64,000 nucleotides of DNA from an uncultured Gemmatimonadales bacterium. GTDB taxonomy: Bacteria; Gemmatimonadota; Gemmatimonadetes; Gemmatimonadales; GWC2-71-9. The notes below the pieces were generated by a model that saw nothing but the letters and a program-made list of their open reading frames with translations, did not search any database and was not told where the DNA came from. The stretch spans positions 813,266-877,265 of the forward strand of contig CAWKBO010000001.1 of the NCBI GenBank assembly GCA_963847895.1. Reading direction: 5' to 3'. The stretch's first letter is position 1, and every line of letters begins with the position of its first letter. The translations under genes were made by a program, and so were the position numbers. Below are positions 1-10,820 of the stretch, in pieces.

Positions 1-447
1 GGTGAGCGCGCCGTCACCCACCACCGCGATCACCTTGTTGGTCTCGCCCAGCAGGTCGCGCGCGGTAGCCATCCCGAGTGCGGCCGACATCGCGGTGCCC
101 GCATGTCCAGCGCCGAACTGGTCGTGGGGCGACTCGTCGCGACGGAGGAAACCGGAGATGCCGCCCTCGGTGCGCAGGGTGTTGAAGGCCGCGTTGCGCC
201 CGGTGAGCAGCTTCCAGGCGTAGGCCTGGTGACCGACATCCCAGAGCACCTTGTCGGTCGGTGAGTCGAACTCGTAGAGCAGGGCGATCGCCAGTTCCAC
301 GACGCCGAGCGAGGCCCCGATGTGACCGCCGGTGACCGAGACGCACTCGATCAGTCGATCGCGGACCTCCTGGGCCAGCTCGGGGAGCTGGTCGCGGGAG
401 AGTCGCTTGAGGTCCTGGGGACCCTGGATCTGTTCGAGGAGGGACAT
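1..447 (-). CDS. dxs: 1-deoxy-D-xylulose-5-phosphate synthase, 5' part (runs off window)
   Basis: Manual translation from ATG at 447 (not in ORF track): [16 protein letters not shown]...[18 protein letters not shown]...[17 protein letters not shown], the conserved DXS N-terminus; lies downstream of ispA. Confidence 0.95.
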   Translation of the reverse strand, partial: MSLLEQIQGPQDLKRLSRDQLPELAQEVRDRLIECVSVTGGHIGASLGVVELAIALLYEFDSPTDKVLWDVGHQAYAWKLLTGRNAAFNTLRTEGGISGFLRRDESPHDQFGAGHAGTAMSAALGMATARDLLGETNKVIAVVGDGALT

Positions 448-529
448 TGGCGCTCCGCGCGCGGGGGACAACCCCGGGGTGGGGCCCCGATGGCAGGCAG
501 GCCACCCAGACCGTACCGTCAGGCGTGCT

Positions 530-1444
530 TCACGAACTCCGTGTCACAATATACCGAGCCAGGGTCGCCAGGGACCCGCCGCCCAGCCCGGCGCGGTCCA
601 GCGCCGCGAGGGCGAGTCCGCAGTGCCGCTCGGCCTCCTGGCGCGCCCCGGCCACCCCGAGCAGGCCCACGTAGGTGCTCTTGGCGTACTCGGCGTCCTT
701 CCCGGCGGTCTTGCCGAGCTGGTGCGAAGTGGCTGTCGCGTCGAGGACATCGTCGGCCACCTGGAACGCGAGGCCGATTTCGCGACCGAACCCCCGGAGG
801 GCCTGCTCGGCTTCTGTCGAGGCTCCGCCGGCGATCCCCCCGAGCATCACCGCCGCGGTGATCAGTGCGCCGGTCTTGCCCCGATGGAGCGCCATCAGTT
901 CAGGAAGATCGAGGCGATGTCCCTCGGCGGCCAGGTCCAGCCACTGGCCGCCCACCATCCCGCGAATTCCACCAGCTTCGAAGAGCTGGCCCGCGAGCCG
1001 ACCGATCACGGCGGCGTCGAGCCCGATCTCCCGCCCGGCCAGCGAGAGCTCCTCGGCGGCAACAGGCACCAGCAGGAATCCGACCCGCGTCGCCGTCGCC
1101 ACGTCGTACGCCACATGGGTGGTGGCGCGCCCGCGGCGCAGGCCGTCGTCGTCCATGCACGGCAGGTCGTCGTGGACCAGGGAGTAGGTATGGACGATCT
1201 CGACCGCGGTGGCGAGGCCGGCGAGGCTGATGCCCTCTTCGCCGCCAACGGCACGATGCGCGGCCATCAGCAAGGCGGGGCGGACTCGCTTTCCCGGCGA
1301 GCGGAGCGCATACGCCAGCGCCTCCCCGAGCCGACCGGGGTGTTCGCCGAGCATGCGCTCCGCGACAGCAGAGAGACGGGCATCCGTCACGCGCCTCGCC
1401 TCGTCGAGGATCACGCGGGGATCCTCGGACCGGAGGTCAACCAT
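530..1444 (-). CDS. ispA: Polyprenyl (farnesyl/geranylgeranyl) diphosphate synthase
   Basis: [38 protein letters not shown] and FQVADDVLD motifs. Start set at ATG 1444, overlapping the xseB stop. Confidence 0.93.
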   Translation of the reverse strand: MVDLRSEDPRVILDEARRVTDARLSAVAERMLGEHPGRLGEALAYALRSPGKRVRPALLMAAHRAVGGEEGISLAGLATAVEIVHTYSLVHDDLPCMDDDGLRRGRATTHVAYDVATATRVGFLLVPVAAEELSLAGREIGLDAAVIGRLAGQLFEAGGIRGMVGGQWLDLAAEGHRLDLPELMALHRGKTGALITAAVMLGGIAGGASTEAEQALRGFGREIGLAFQVADDVLDATATSHQLGKTAGKDAEYAKSTYVGLLGVAGARQEAERHCGLALAALDRAGLGGGSLATLARYIVTRSS

Positions 1445-1667
1445 CCAGTGGTTCAATCCTCGGCTGGTCGGTGTCGGCATCCCGGAGCACCTGCATGACC
1501 CGGGTCTCGGCCTGGGCCAGCCTCGCCTGGGCGTGCTTGAGGCGGCCGACCCCCTCCTCGAAGAGCGCCAAGGCCTCCTCCAGGGCCAACTCGTTGTCCT
1601 CGAGTCGACGGACAATCTCCTCGAGCCGGGACAGGTCGTCGGCGAGGGTCGGGGTGTCCTTGCTCAT
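1437..1667 (-). CDS. xseB: Exodeoxyribonuclease VII small subunit
   Basis: [40 protein letters not shown]; xseA-xseB-ispA-dxs order. Confidence 0.93.
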   Translation of the reverse strand: MSKDTPTLADDLSRLEEIVRRLEDNELALEEALALFEEGVGRLKHAQARLAQAETRVMQVLRDADTDQPRIEPLDG

Positions 1668-2926
1668 GCCTCCTCCACGCGGGCGGGAATGGTGCCGTCG
1701 CTCACGCTCAGCGTGAAGCGGCTGCCGGGGGTGAACTGCCCGACGCTGCGCATCACGCGTCCATCGGCGTCGCGTGGCAGGGCGTAGCCACGACCGAGCA
1801 CCCGGAGCGGCGAGAGTGCATTGAGTGCCGCGGCGAGGCGCCCGGTCTCGGCCGAGGCGGCCGCGATTGTCCGATCGATCGCGGGGCGAAGGCGGTCGGC
1901 GACGCGCGCCAGCCGCTCGCGCGGCTGACGCACATGTCGCTCGAGGCCCGGGACGAGCGCGGCGGACGCTCCGTGCAACCGGCGCTCCACGGTGCGAAGT
2001 CTTGCGAGCAGCGCGTTGCCCATCCGCTCGCGGGTGCGCTCCAGCCGTTCGGCACGTCGTGCCAGGCGTTCGCGGGTGGTGCGGGTGAGCGCCGCGCCGG
2101 CGGCATCGAGTCGGATGATCACGTCGCGCTGGTCGGGTAGCGCGAACTCGGCCGCTTGCGACGGGGTGGCGGCTCGCACGTCGGCCACGAGATCGGCGAG
2201 CGTCACGTCCACCTCGTGTCCCACCGCGCTGATCACCGGCACCGGGCAAGCCGCGATCGCCCGACAGACCGCCTCGTCGTTGAAGGCGGCGAGATCGTCC
2301 TTCGATCCCCCGCCGCGCCCCACGATGCAGCAGTCGATTCCCATGAGGCGGCCCACCGTCTCGAGCGCCGCGACGATCTCGGCCGGTGCGCCATCGCCCT
2401 GCACCGTCGCCCCCACCACGAGCAATTCGACCGCCGGCCAGCGACGGCGGGCCACGGTGATCACGTCGCGCACCGCCGCCCCGGCGACCGAGGTCACCAC
2501 GGCCACCCGCTCGGGATACGGCGGGAGCGGTCGCTTGCGTGCCGGGTCGAGGAGGCCGTCGGCGAGCAGCCGCTGCTTGACCTGTTCCACCTGCTGGGCG
2601 ACGGCACCGACCGCGGCAGCCGGCAGCACCTGCACCACGTTGAACCGCAGCGCGGTGCGCTCCTCCCAGACGTTCGGGGTGCCGAGGGCGAAGACCTCGC
2701 TGCCATCCTCCAGCGGTCCACGCAGCCGGGTCGCCGCGGAACGCCACATGGTGCAGTCGACCTTGGCGAGCTCGTCGGTGAGCGAGAAGTACCAGTGACC
2801 CGACGGGTAGCGCTTCACCCCGGCCAGCTCACCGCGCACCCAGATGCTCGGAAAGTCGGTCTCGACCCGTTCCTTGAGGGTGCGGGCGAGTCGCTGGACC
2901 GTCCACGCCGCGTCGGGTGCGCTCAC
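1664..2926 (-). CDS. xseA: Exodeoxyribonuclease VII large subunit
   Basis: WVRGE...[58 protein letters not shown] start at 2926 overlaps the folD stop (GTGA). Confidence 0.95.
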   Translation of the reverse strand: MSAPDAAWTVQRLARTLKERVETDFPSIWVRGELAGVKRYPSGHWYFSLTDELAKVDCTMWRSAATRLRGPLEDGSEVFALGTPNVWEERTALRFNVVQVLPAAAVGAVAQQVEQVKQRLLADGLLDPARKRPLPPYPERVAVVTSVAGAAVRDVITVARRRWPAVELLVVGATVQGDGAPAEIVAALETVGRLMGIDCCIVGRGGGSKDDLAAFNDEAVCRAIAACPVPVISAVGHEVDVTLADLVADVRAATPSQAAEFALPDQRDVIIRLDAAGAALTRTTRERLARRAERLERTRERMGNALLARLRTVERRLHGASAALVPGLERHVRQPRERLARVADRLRPAIDRTIAAASAETGRLAAALNALSPLRVLGRGYALPRDADGRVMRSVGQFTPGSRFTLSVSDGTIPARVEEA

Positions 2927-3816
2927 GCGATCCCCAGCTGCAGCTCGACTCCCTGCAGCGTGTTGCTGAGCACCATCGCAATGGTCATCGGCCCCACCCC
3001 ACCGGGCACCGGGGTGATCGCCCCCGCGATCGCGCGCACCGCATCGAACGCGACATCGCCGACCACGCGATATCCCTTGGGCGCACTGGCATCGGCCACC
3101 CGGTTGATTCCGACGTCGACCACCGTCGCCCCGGGCTTCACGCCGTCGGCCCCGATGAAGTCTGGCACGCCCGATCGCGACGACCAGGATGTCCGCCTCG
3201 CGGCAGATCGCCGGCAGGTCGCGGGTGCGTGAATGGCAGACGGTGACGGTGGCGTCGCCGCCGGGTCCCGACTGCATCAGCAGGTTGGCCATCGGTCGGC
3301 CCGACGATGGTCGACCGCCCGACGATCACGGCCCGGGCCCCGCGGGTCTCGATCCCCGACCGGCGCAGGATCTCCTGGATCCCGGCCGGCGTGGCCGGCC
3401 GGAACGCGGTCGGATCTCCCAGCACCAGCTTGCCGACATTCATCGGGTGAAAGCCGTCGACATCCTTCAGCGGATCGATGCGGCGCATCACCTGGTCGGG
3501 ATCGATGTGGGGTGGCAGCGGCGTCTGCACGAGGATGCCGTGGGTGTCGCGATCGGCGTTGAGCCGGTCGATCACCGCCAGCACGTCGTCGGCCGCGGTG
3601 TCTGCCGGCAGGAGGATCGTCTCGGAACGCATCCCGGCCTCGCGACACGCCCGGCCCTTCGATCGGACGTACATCTGCGAGGCCGGATCGTCGCCGACCA
3701 GCACGACGGTGAGGCCCGGGACGATCCCGCGCCCGGCGAGGACGGTGCACCGCTGCGGCCACCTCGGCGCGGATCTCGGCGGCGATCGCCTTCCCGTCGA
3801 GCAGTCGAGCGGTCAC
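2923..3816 (-). CDS. folD: Bifunctional methylenetetrahydrofolate dehydrogenase/cyclohydrolase, interrupted by three +1 frameshifts (~3747, ~3301, ~3171)
   Basis: FolD motifs are spread over successive frames: [16 protein letters not shown] / [12 protein letters not shown]...KDVDGFHP...VGRSTIVG / PMANLL...TVTVCHSRT / [14 protein letters not shown]...[15 protein letters not shown]. Confidence 0.9.
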
Positions 3817-5393
3817 TTGGCCACCTCGGTGGCGCGGGTCTCTCGAATCACGGTCACGCGGATCTGCCCCGGGTATTGGAGTTCCTGTTCGATGCGTCGG
3901 GCGATGGTCTCCGACAGCACCTGCGCCGCCTCGTCGCCCACGTCCTCGGGCTTGACGATGACCCGCACCTCGCGGCCCGCCTGGATCACGGTGGTCTTCT
4001 CGACCCCGGGATAGCTGCAGGCGATCTCCTCGAGCCGGCGCAGCCGCTTCATGTAGCTCTCGAACGCCTCGCGGCGGGCGCCGGGCCGCGAGCCGCTGAT
4101 CGCGTCGGCGGCCTGGACGAGCACCGACTCGGCGCTCTCGTGCGGCACATCGTCGTGGTGCGCCTGGATGGCATTGAGCACCGGTGGCTGTTCGCCCCAG
4201 CGGCGGGCCACCTCCACCCCGAGTTCCACATGGGTGCCCTCGTGCTCGTGGGTGAGCACCTTGCCCACGTCATGGAGCAGGCCCCCACGGCGCGCCAGCG
4301 CCACGTCGAGATGGAGCTCGGCGGCCATCATCCCGGCGAGCCAGGCCACTTCCTTCGAGTGCTCGTAGAGATTCTGGCCGTACGAGGTGCGATAGCGCAT
4401 CCGCCCGACCAGCTTCATCAGTTCGGGATGCAGTCCGTGCACCTCGAGTTCGTAGGCGGCGCGCTCGCCGAGCTCCGACAGCTCGGCCTCGAGCGAGGTG
4501 TGGGCCTTCGCGACCAGCTCCTCGATCCGCCCAGGATGGATGCGGCCATCCTCGACCAGCGCCTCCAGTGAACGGCGGGCCACCTCGCGGCGGATCGGGT
4601 CGAAACATGACACCACCACCGTGTCCGGGGTGTCGTCGATGATCACGTCGACCCCGGTGGCCAGCTCGAAGGCCCGAATGTTCCGCCCTTCGCGCCCGAT
4701 GATCCGGCCCTTCATCTCGTCACTGGGCAGCGCCACCGCGGCAACGGTCGACTCGGCGGTGTGCTCGGCGGCGAGCCGCTGGGTGGCGATGGCAATGATC
4801 CGGCGCGCATCACGCTCGGCATCGCGCTGGGCCTGCTCCCGGATCTGGCGCGCCTGGGCCTGCCCGGCGGCCCGCGCCTCGTCCTCCACCGCCTGGCGCA
4901 CCTGACGACTGGCCTCCTCAGCCGAGAGCCCGGCGATCGCCTCGAGCCGGCGAGCGGCCTCCGCTTCCGTGCCGGCCAGCGCCAGGTCGCGCTCGCGGAG
5001 CGCCTCCTCCCGTCGACGGTTCGCCTCGCGCTGTCCCGCGACGGCAGTCTCCTCGGCATGGAGCCGCTCTTCCCGCTCCTCCAGTCGCAGCTCCCGTTCG
5101 GCGACCCGCTGCTCGAGCTTCTCGACGTCGCCCCGTCGGCGCGCCAGTTCCTCGACCGCGTCACGGCGCAGGGTCGCCGCCTCGTCGCGGGCGAGCCCGA
5201 GCTGGCGCTCGCGCTCGTGGATCGCCTCGTGCTCGGCGGTGGTGCGGAGGGTGGCGGCATCACTCCGGGCCTGGTCGGTGAGCGCACGCAGCGATCGGCC
5301 ACGCGACGCCTGCACCACGCTCCAGGCGGCGATGCCACATCCGAGACCGAGCGCGGCGCCGATGGCGGCCGCGACTGCGGGAGAGAGGTCCAT
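3813..5393 (-). CDS. rny: Ribonuclease Y
   Basis: N-terminal TM, coiled coil, KH domain ([17 protein letters not shown]), HD domain (LLHDVGK), [15 protein letters not shown]. Confidence 0.97.
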   Translation of the reverse strand: MDLSPAVAAAIGAALGLGCGIAAWSVVQASRGRSLRALTDQARSDAATLRTTAEHEAIHERERQLGLARDEAATLRRDAVEELARRRGDVEKLEQRVAERELRLEEREERLHAEETAVAGQREANRRREEALRERDLALAGTEAEAARRLEAIAGLSAEEASRQVRQAVEDEARAAGQAQARQIREQAQRDAERDARRIIAIATQRLAAEHTAESTVAAVALPSDEMKGRIIGREGRNIRAFELATGVDVIIDDTPDTVVVSCFDPIRREVARRSLEALVEDGRIHPGRIEELVAKAHTSLEAELSELGERAAYELEVHGLHPELMKLVGRMRYRTSYGQNLYEHSKEVAWLAGMMAAELHLDVALARRGGLLHDVGKVLTHEHEGTHVELGVEVARRWGEQPPVLNAIQAHHDDVPHESAESVLVQAADAISGSRPGARREAFESYMKRLRRLEEIACSYPGVEKTTVIQAGREVRVIVKPEDVGDEAAQVLSETIARRIEQELQYPGQIRVTVIRETRATEVAK

Positions 5394-5453
5394 CGATCTA
5401 TCCCCTCACCGGCGCCGGACGCCGGGTTGCGGTCAGTCGGTCACGCCGCTCCG

Positions 5454-5744
5454 CTACCCGCGCTTGGCGGGCGGCAGCAGCCGCGCAAGATCATCGGCGA
5501 GCACGCTCATGCGCGACGCCACCTCGGCATCGGTGCGACGCGCCCGGAACAGTTCATCGGTCACCGCCAGCCCGGCGAGGATCGCCGCCTTCTGGGCCTC
5601 GAGTGACGGCATCATCGTCCGGATCCGACGCAGCGCCTCGTCGAAGTACGCCGCCACCTCGCGGGTGTACTCGGGCGGCAGCTCGGAGCGCACCACGAGT
5701 TCCTCACCGCCCACCGTCACCCGCACCGATTCCTTGCTGCTCAT
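5454..5744 (-). CDS. zapA: Cell division protein ZapA
   Basis: 96 aa, VRVTVGGEELVVRS...KAAILAGLAVTDELF; pheT-X-zapA-rny synteny. Confidence 0.85.
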   Translation of the reverse strand: MSSKESVRVTVGGEELVVRSELPPEYTREVAAYFDEALRRIRTMMPSLEAQKAAILAGLAVTDELFRARRTDAEVASRMSVLADDLARLLPPAKRG

Positions 5745-6055
5745 CCGATCCCCTCGTCGCCGGGCGACTCGGCCACGAACGCCAGGCGTTGCTGAAGCCG
5801 GCCGAGCATCTCGCGAGCGCGGTCGAGCCGGGTCTCCAGTTCGAGGTTTTCGCGCTCGAGGTCGAGCAGCCGGGTCCGCAGCCGCACCAGCTCGTCGCCC
5901 GGCACCATCCCTTCCTTCCCCTTCACCGACTGCAGCTCCGCCTCGGCCTTGAGGCAGCGCCGGCGCCAGCCGCCGAGCTCGTCGCCCAGGTGCGCGAGCA
6001 CCCGTTCGAGCTCGTCGAGGGCGAGGAGATCAGGTCGTGCGTAAGGTGACGTCAA
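5741..6055 (-). CDS. Small coiled-coil protein (ZapB-like position)
   Basis: Probable TTG start at 6055; heptad-rich sequence (LDELERVL...LLDLERENLELETRLDRAREML) between pheT and zapA. Confidence 0.6.
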   Translation of the reverse strand: MTSPYARPDLLALDELERVLAHLGDELGGWRRRCLKAEAELQSVKGKEGMVPGDELVRLRTRLLDLERENLELETRLDRAREMLGRLQQRLAFVAESPGDEGIG

Positions 6056-8403
6056 GCTCGCGCTCCAGCATCGAGACCAGCCGACTGACTGCCTTGTCCA
6101 CCTCGGCGTCGGTGAGGGTGCGATCGGCGGCGCGGAACACCAGACGGAACGCCACGCTCCGACGACCCTCCGGCACTCCGGCACCACGGAACTCGTCGAC
6201 CACCGCGACCGATGCCAGTGCCAGCCGCTCACCGCGCGTCTCCAGCAGCTCGAGCACCTCGGCCACGCGACGACCATCGCCCAGCAGCAGCGCCAGGTCC
6301 CGGCTCACCGCCGGGTGCACCGGCGATGGCCGATAGGGCGGCGGCGGACGCAGCTCGGTCACGACGCGAATCTCGCCACCGAACAACGGCTCGGCCCAGG
6401 GCGGCATGTCGGCCTCCAGCGCGCCACACCAGCCGAGCGCATCGCCCTCGGGTGAACGGGCGACCCACCGATCCCCCTCAACTTGGACCGAGGCGGTGGG
6501 ATTTGCCAGCGCCACGAGCCGCTCGAAGGTCCAGCGGGCATCCCAGCGATCGAACGCCGGTGGCTCGGCATCGGTCCAGTGGGCCGGGTGGCGGGCCCCA
6601 CTGAGGACGAATCCTGCGTGCAGTGCCTCGTCGGGCCGGGCGCCCCCTCTCGCGCGGAAGACCGTCCCCAACTCGAAGAGCCGGATATCGCGAGTGTGCG
6701 CCGCCCAGTTGGCCTCCGCCTGCTCGACCAATCCGGGCACCAGCGCGTGGCGCAGGTGACCGTGTTCTGCCGAGACCGGATTGAGGATCGCCGGGGCACC
6801 CGGATCGTCGGCCGGGCGCATCGCGAGGGTGACCACCTCGCGGAGTCCGAGGGCAGCCATTCCGGTGCGCATCCGATCGGCGGCATGCCACGCCGGATCA
6901 TCATCGCGGGCGCCGGGCCGAAACGGCGAGAGCTCGGTGGGGATGTTCGCGTAGCCATGCACCCGCGCGATCTCCTCGATGAGGTCGATCTCGCTCACCA
7001 GGTCCGGACGCCAGCCGGGGACGTCCACGGCGATCCGTCCGTCATCGGGCTTGCTCACCACGGTGGCCCCGACCGCCACCAGGCAGCGCTCGATCTCGGG
7101 CCAGGTCAGCTCCACACCCAGGACCTGCGTCACCCGCGCCGGGCGCACGAAGATCCGCGGCGGATTGACCGGGGTCGGGAAGCAGTCGGCGGTCGCCTCG
7201 ACCGTGCCACCCGCGACCGTCACCAGCAGCCGCACCGCGCGGCGGAACGCATCGACCGCTCCCCAGCGATCGGTGCCGCGCTCGAAGCGCTGCGACGCGT
7301 CGGTGCTCAGTGCCATCGCGCGGCGGGCTGCGCGCACCCGCGATGGTGCGAACCAGGCGCACTCCAGGAAGATGTCGCGCGTCGCGGCGCTCACCTCGGT
7401 GTCGGCGCCGCCCATCACGCCGGCGATGCCGATCGCCCGCTCGGCGTCGGCGATCAGCAACGCCCCCTCGGGCGCGCTGCGCTCCTGGCCATCGAGGGTG
7501 ACGATCGGCTCGCCGCCGGCGCGCGCCGGTCGGACGATCACCGCCGGCCCCCGAAGGGTCGCGGCATCGTAGGCGTGCATCGGCTGGTTGAGCTCGAGCA
7601 TCACGTAGTTGGTGACGTCGACCACGTTGTTGATGCTGCGGAGCCCGACCGACTCCAGTCGCTCGGCCAGCCAGCGCGGCGACGGCCCGATCGACACGCC
7701 GCGGATCATCGCGCCGAGGAAGCGGCCACAGCCGCCACGATCGATGATCGCCAGTCGCACCCCGCCGACGGTTGCCTCGTCGGCATATCGCGCCGGCGCT
7801 GGCAGGTCGAGATCGGCCTCACCGGGGATCACCGGGAGTCGATACGGGGCCTGGAATGCGATCCCCAGCTCGCGGGCGATTCCCTTGTGGCCAAGCAGGT
7901 CGGGGCGGTTGGGGGTGACGTCGATCTCGAAGCGGTCGTCGCCGAGGTCGAGCACCTCGAGCAGCGGCGTTCCCGGGGCGCGCGTCGGTGTCGAGGGTGT
8001 GGATCCCGTCGTGATCGGTGCCGAGCCCCAACTCTCGCGCCGAGCAGAGCATCCCCTCGGAAGCAACGCCGCGGAGCTTGCGCCGCTCGATCACCAGGCC
8101 GTCCGGCATGGTGGTGCCGAGTGGCGCGAACGGGTACTTGTGCCCGGCAGTCACGTTCGGTGCGCCACACACCACGGTGTGGATCGTGCCGCTGCCGTCA
8201 TCGACGGTGGTGACCTTCAACTTGTCGGCGTCAGGGTGCTGCACGACCGTCGTGACCAGCCCCACCACGAACGGCTCGAGTTCCTTGCCCACCGGCTCGA
8301 TCGCATCGACCGGTGCCCCGAGCATGCCGAGGCGATCGGCCACCTCGCGGGGGTCGAGCGGGCGGCGCAGGAACGCCTCCAGCCAGCGGCGCGACGCCTT
8401 CAT
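6030..8403 (-). CDS. pheT: Phenylalanyl-tRNA synthetase beta subunit, one +1 frameshift near 7980
   Basis: N-terminal part MKASRRWL...HPDADKL...VVCGAPNV...SEGMLCSARELG in one frame; TPNRPDLL, NNVVDVTNYVMLE, RFERGTD, DLIEEIARVHGY and the FDX-ACB C-terminus in the next. Confidence 0.93.
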
Positions 8404-9458
8404 CCGGCGAGCCCGCCGAATTGCTCCAGGAATCGCATGTCACCGCCGTAGAGCAACCGGATGTCGGTGAGCCCGAAGCGCTGCATCGCGATCCGGCCGG
8501 GGCCCATCCCGAACGCCCAGCCGGTCCACCGTTCGGGGTCGAGGCCACAGTTGCGGAGCACCTGTTCATGCACCATCCCGCAGCCGAGGATCTCCATCCA
8601 GCCGGTTCCCTTGCAGGGACCGCAGCCGACCCCGCCGCACAGTGTGCAGCCAACATCCATCTCGGCCGACGGTTCGGTGAACGGAAAGAACGACGGCCGG
8701 AAGCGGACCGTGGTGTCGGAGCCGAGAAAGCGCCGCGCGAAGTGGGAAAGGGTCGCCTTGAGGTCGGCGAAGGTGATCCCTTCGTCAACGGCGAGTCCCT
8801 CGATCTGGGCGAACCCCGGCGCGTGCGACGGGTCGAACGGGTCGTTGCGGTACACCGTGCCGGGGATCACCACCCGGTAGGGCGGCGGCCCCTCGCGCAT
8901 CACCCGGATCTGCACCGGCGAGGTGTGGGTGCGCAGTAGCAGGCGCGCCCCTTGGGGCGCGCTCCTCTCACCTCCATCGAGATACAGGGTGTCGTGCATG
9001 TCCATCGCCGGATGGTCGGGCGGAAAATTGAGGGCGTGGAAGTTGAGCTCCTCGGTCTCCACCTCGGGACCGAGCGCGACGCTGAAGCCGAGGCCGCGGA
9101 AGATCGCGACGATCTCGTCGACCACGACGGTGACGGGATGGCGCGAGCCGATCCACCGCGCGCGGCCGGGCATCGTGAGGTCGACGCCGGCCTGTTCGGC
9201 GGCCTGCGCACTGCGCTCGAGTTCGGTCCGCCGGACCGCGAAGGCGGCCTCGAACTCCTGCTTGAGTTCGTTCAACGACGCGCCCGCCTTGCGGCGGTCC
9301 TCGACGGGAATCGAGGCGAGCGCCTTCAGGCGGGCGGTGAGTTCGCCCTGCTTGCGGCCCAGCACCGCGATCTCCTCGGCCTCGAGGGCCGCGGCATCGA
9401 GGGCCGGGATGGCGGCCAGCCGGGCGCGGAGCGCGCCGAGATCGTTGGGATCGGCCAC
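8400..9458 (-). CDS. pheS: Phenylalanyl-tRNA synthetase alpha subunit
   Basis: HPAMDMHDT, LLRTHTSPVQIR, FRPSFFPFTEPSAE, WMEILGCGMVH. Confidence 0.97.
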   Translation of the reverse strand: MADPNDLGALRARLAAIPALDAAALEAEEIAVLGRKQGELTARLKALASIPVEDRRKAGASLNELKQEFEAAFAVRRTELERSAQAAEQAGVDLTMPGRARWIGSRHPVTVVVDEIVAIFRGLGFSVALGPEVETEELNFHALNFPPDHPAMDMHDTLYLDGGERSAPQGARLLLRTHTSPVQIRVMREGPPPYRVVIPGTVYRNDPFDPSHAPGFAQIEGLAVDEGITFADLKATLSHFARRFLGSDTTVRFRPSFFPFTEPSAEMDVGCTLCGGVGCGPCKGTGWMEILGCGMVHEQVLRNCGLDPERWTGWAFGMGPGRIAMQRFGLTDIRLLYGGDMRFLEQFGGLAG

Positions 9459-9467
9459 GGCCGCCGG

Positions 9468-9821
9468 CTACTGCTGGGCCTTCGCCACCTCGGCCAGCTT
9501 GGCGAAGGCATCCGCATCGCGCACCGCGAGGTCGGCGAGGACCTTCCGGTTGATCTCGACGCCGGCCTTCTTGAGCCCCGCCATCAGCCGCGAGTACGAC
9601 AGCTCGTGGAGACGCGCCGCGGCACCGATGCGGGTGATCCAGAGCCGGCGGAAATCGCCCTTCTTCTTGCGGCGGTCGCGGTAGGCATACGCCAGGCCGC
9701 GCTCGACGTTCTCCTTGGCGGCCTTGTAGCGCTTGCTGCGGGCGCCGACGCCGCCCTTGGCGGCGGCCATGATCTTCTTCTTGCGCGCGTGATGCGCGAC
9801 GCCATTCTTGACGCGAGACAT
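9468..9821 (-). CDS. rplT: 50S ribosomal protein L20
   Basis: [31 protein letters not shown]. Confidence 0.98.
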   Translation of the reverse strand: MSRVKNGVAHHARKKKIMAAAKGGVGARSKRYKAAKENVERGLAYAYRDRRKKKGDFRRLWITRIGAAARLHELSYSRLMAGLKKAGVEINRKVLADLAVRDADAFAKLAEVAKAQQ

Positions 9822-9834
9822 GGGTGCGTTCTCC

Positions 9835-10029
9835 TCAGCCCTGCAGCAGCCGGATGGTGCGCGGATAGTCCGCCGAACTCACCAGCGCGGACTTGCCCAG
9901 CTTGTTCTTGCGGGCGGTGTCCTTCTTGGTGAGGATGTGGCGCAGGTTCGCCTTGTTGCGCTTGATCTTGCCGGTCCCGGTCAGCGTGAACCGCTTCGCC
10001 GCCGCCCGCTTGGTCTTCATCTTGGGCAT
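9835..10029 (-). CDS. rpmI: 50S ribosomal protein L35
   Basis: [14 protein letters not shown]...HILTKK. Confidence 0.98.
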   Translation of the reverse strand: MPKMKTKRAAAKRFTLTGTGKIKRNKANLRHILTKKDTARKNKLGKSALVSSADYPRTIRLLQG

Positions 10030-10059
10030 CTGTCTCTCCAGCTCCCCGTCGGGCCCGGC

Positions 10060-10581
10060 CTATTTCGGCGCGAGCACCATGATCATGTTGCGGCCGTCGA
10101 GCTTCGCTTCCTGCTCGATCTTGCCGATGTCCGCGAGGTCGTTGGCGACCCGGTCGAGCACGGCCTTGCCGAGCTCGGGGTGGGCCATCTGCCGGCCGCG
10201 GAACATCATCGTCACCTTCACCTTGTTGCCGTCACCCAGGAACTCCCGGGCGTGGCGCGTCTTGAAGTCGAAGTCGTGGTCGTCGATCCCCGGGCGGTAC
10301 TTCACCTCCTTGAGGTGAATCACGTGCTGCTTCTTCTTCGCCGCCCGGGCCGCCTTCGCTTCCTCGAACTTGAACTTGCCGTAGTCCATGATCTTGACCA
10401 CGGGCGGCCGGGCCATCGGCGCCACCTCGACCAGGTCGAGTCCCCGCTCCTGGGCGGCGGCGAGTGCTTCCTCCACCGGCAACACCCCGAGCTGCTCACC
10501 TTCCGCGGTCACCACCCGAACCGGCGAGATGCGAATCTGCCGGTTCACCCGTACGCGCCGTTCGCGATCGAAACTGGACAG
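10060..10581 (-). CDS. infC: Translation initiation factor IF-3, probable non-canonical CTG start at 10581
   Basis: LDLVEVAPMARPPVVKIMDYGKFKFE, KVKVTMMFRGRQ. An in-frame CTG lies 33 nt upstream of the track's GTG and has an AAAGGA SD 8 nt before it. Confidence 0.92.
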   Translation of the reverse strand: MSSFDRERRVRVNRQIRISPVRVVTAEGEQLGVLPVEEALAAAQERGLDLVEVAPMARPPVVKIMDYGKFKFEEAKAARAAKKKQHVIHLKEVKYRPGIDDHDFDFKTRHAREFLGDGNKVKVTMMFRGRQMAHPELGKAVLDRVANDLADIGKIEQEAKLDGRNMIMVLAPK

Positions 10582-10604
10582 TGGCTCGGTCCTTTCGTTG
10601 GGGC

Positions 10605-10755
10605 CTGAAACACGAACACCCCGCCGGTATGGGCGGGGTGTCCGAAGAGGCGCACCGCAGCCCCGGAGGGCTGGATGCTTATGTCTCTTGGGACCCGGTT
10701 GCCCGTGACGCTGGCTCGGGGTGGAGCGGCTATCCCGCTCTCTTGGAACAGGGGG
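10605..10755 (-). promoter_or_regulatory. Putative L20-type leader of the infC-rpmI-rplT operon with a terminator-like hairpin
   Basis: Minus strand shows a GAGCGG-gatag-CCGCTC stem followed by CACCCCG...CGGGT, then hairpin ACACCCCGCC-catacc-GGCGGGGTGT plus TCGTGTTT just before the SD. Position matches known L20 leaders. Confidence 0.5.
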
Positions 10756-10820
10756 ATCTTAGTGGGTCAAGGTGCCCGAGTCAAGGGGTACGCGTTACCA
10801 GCTGCAACGCGACCCCCACC

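Noticed and set aside
1664..3292. Apparent FolD-XseA fusion in the ORF track
   Set aside because: It is an artefact of the folD frameshifts; xseA has its own GTG start overlapping the true folD stop.
5394..5453. 6S RNA, often found downstream of zapA
   Set aside because: The gap to rny is only 60 nt, too short for 6S RNA.
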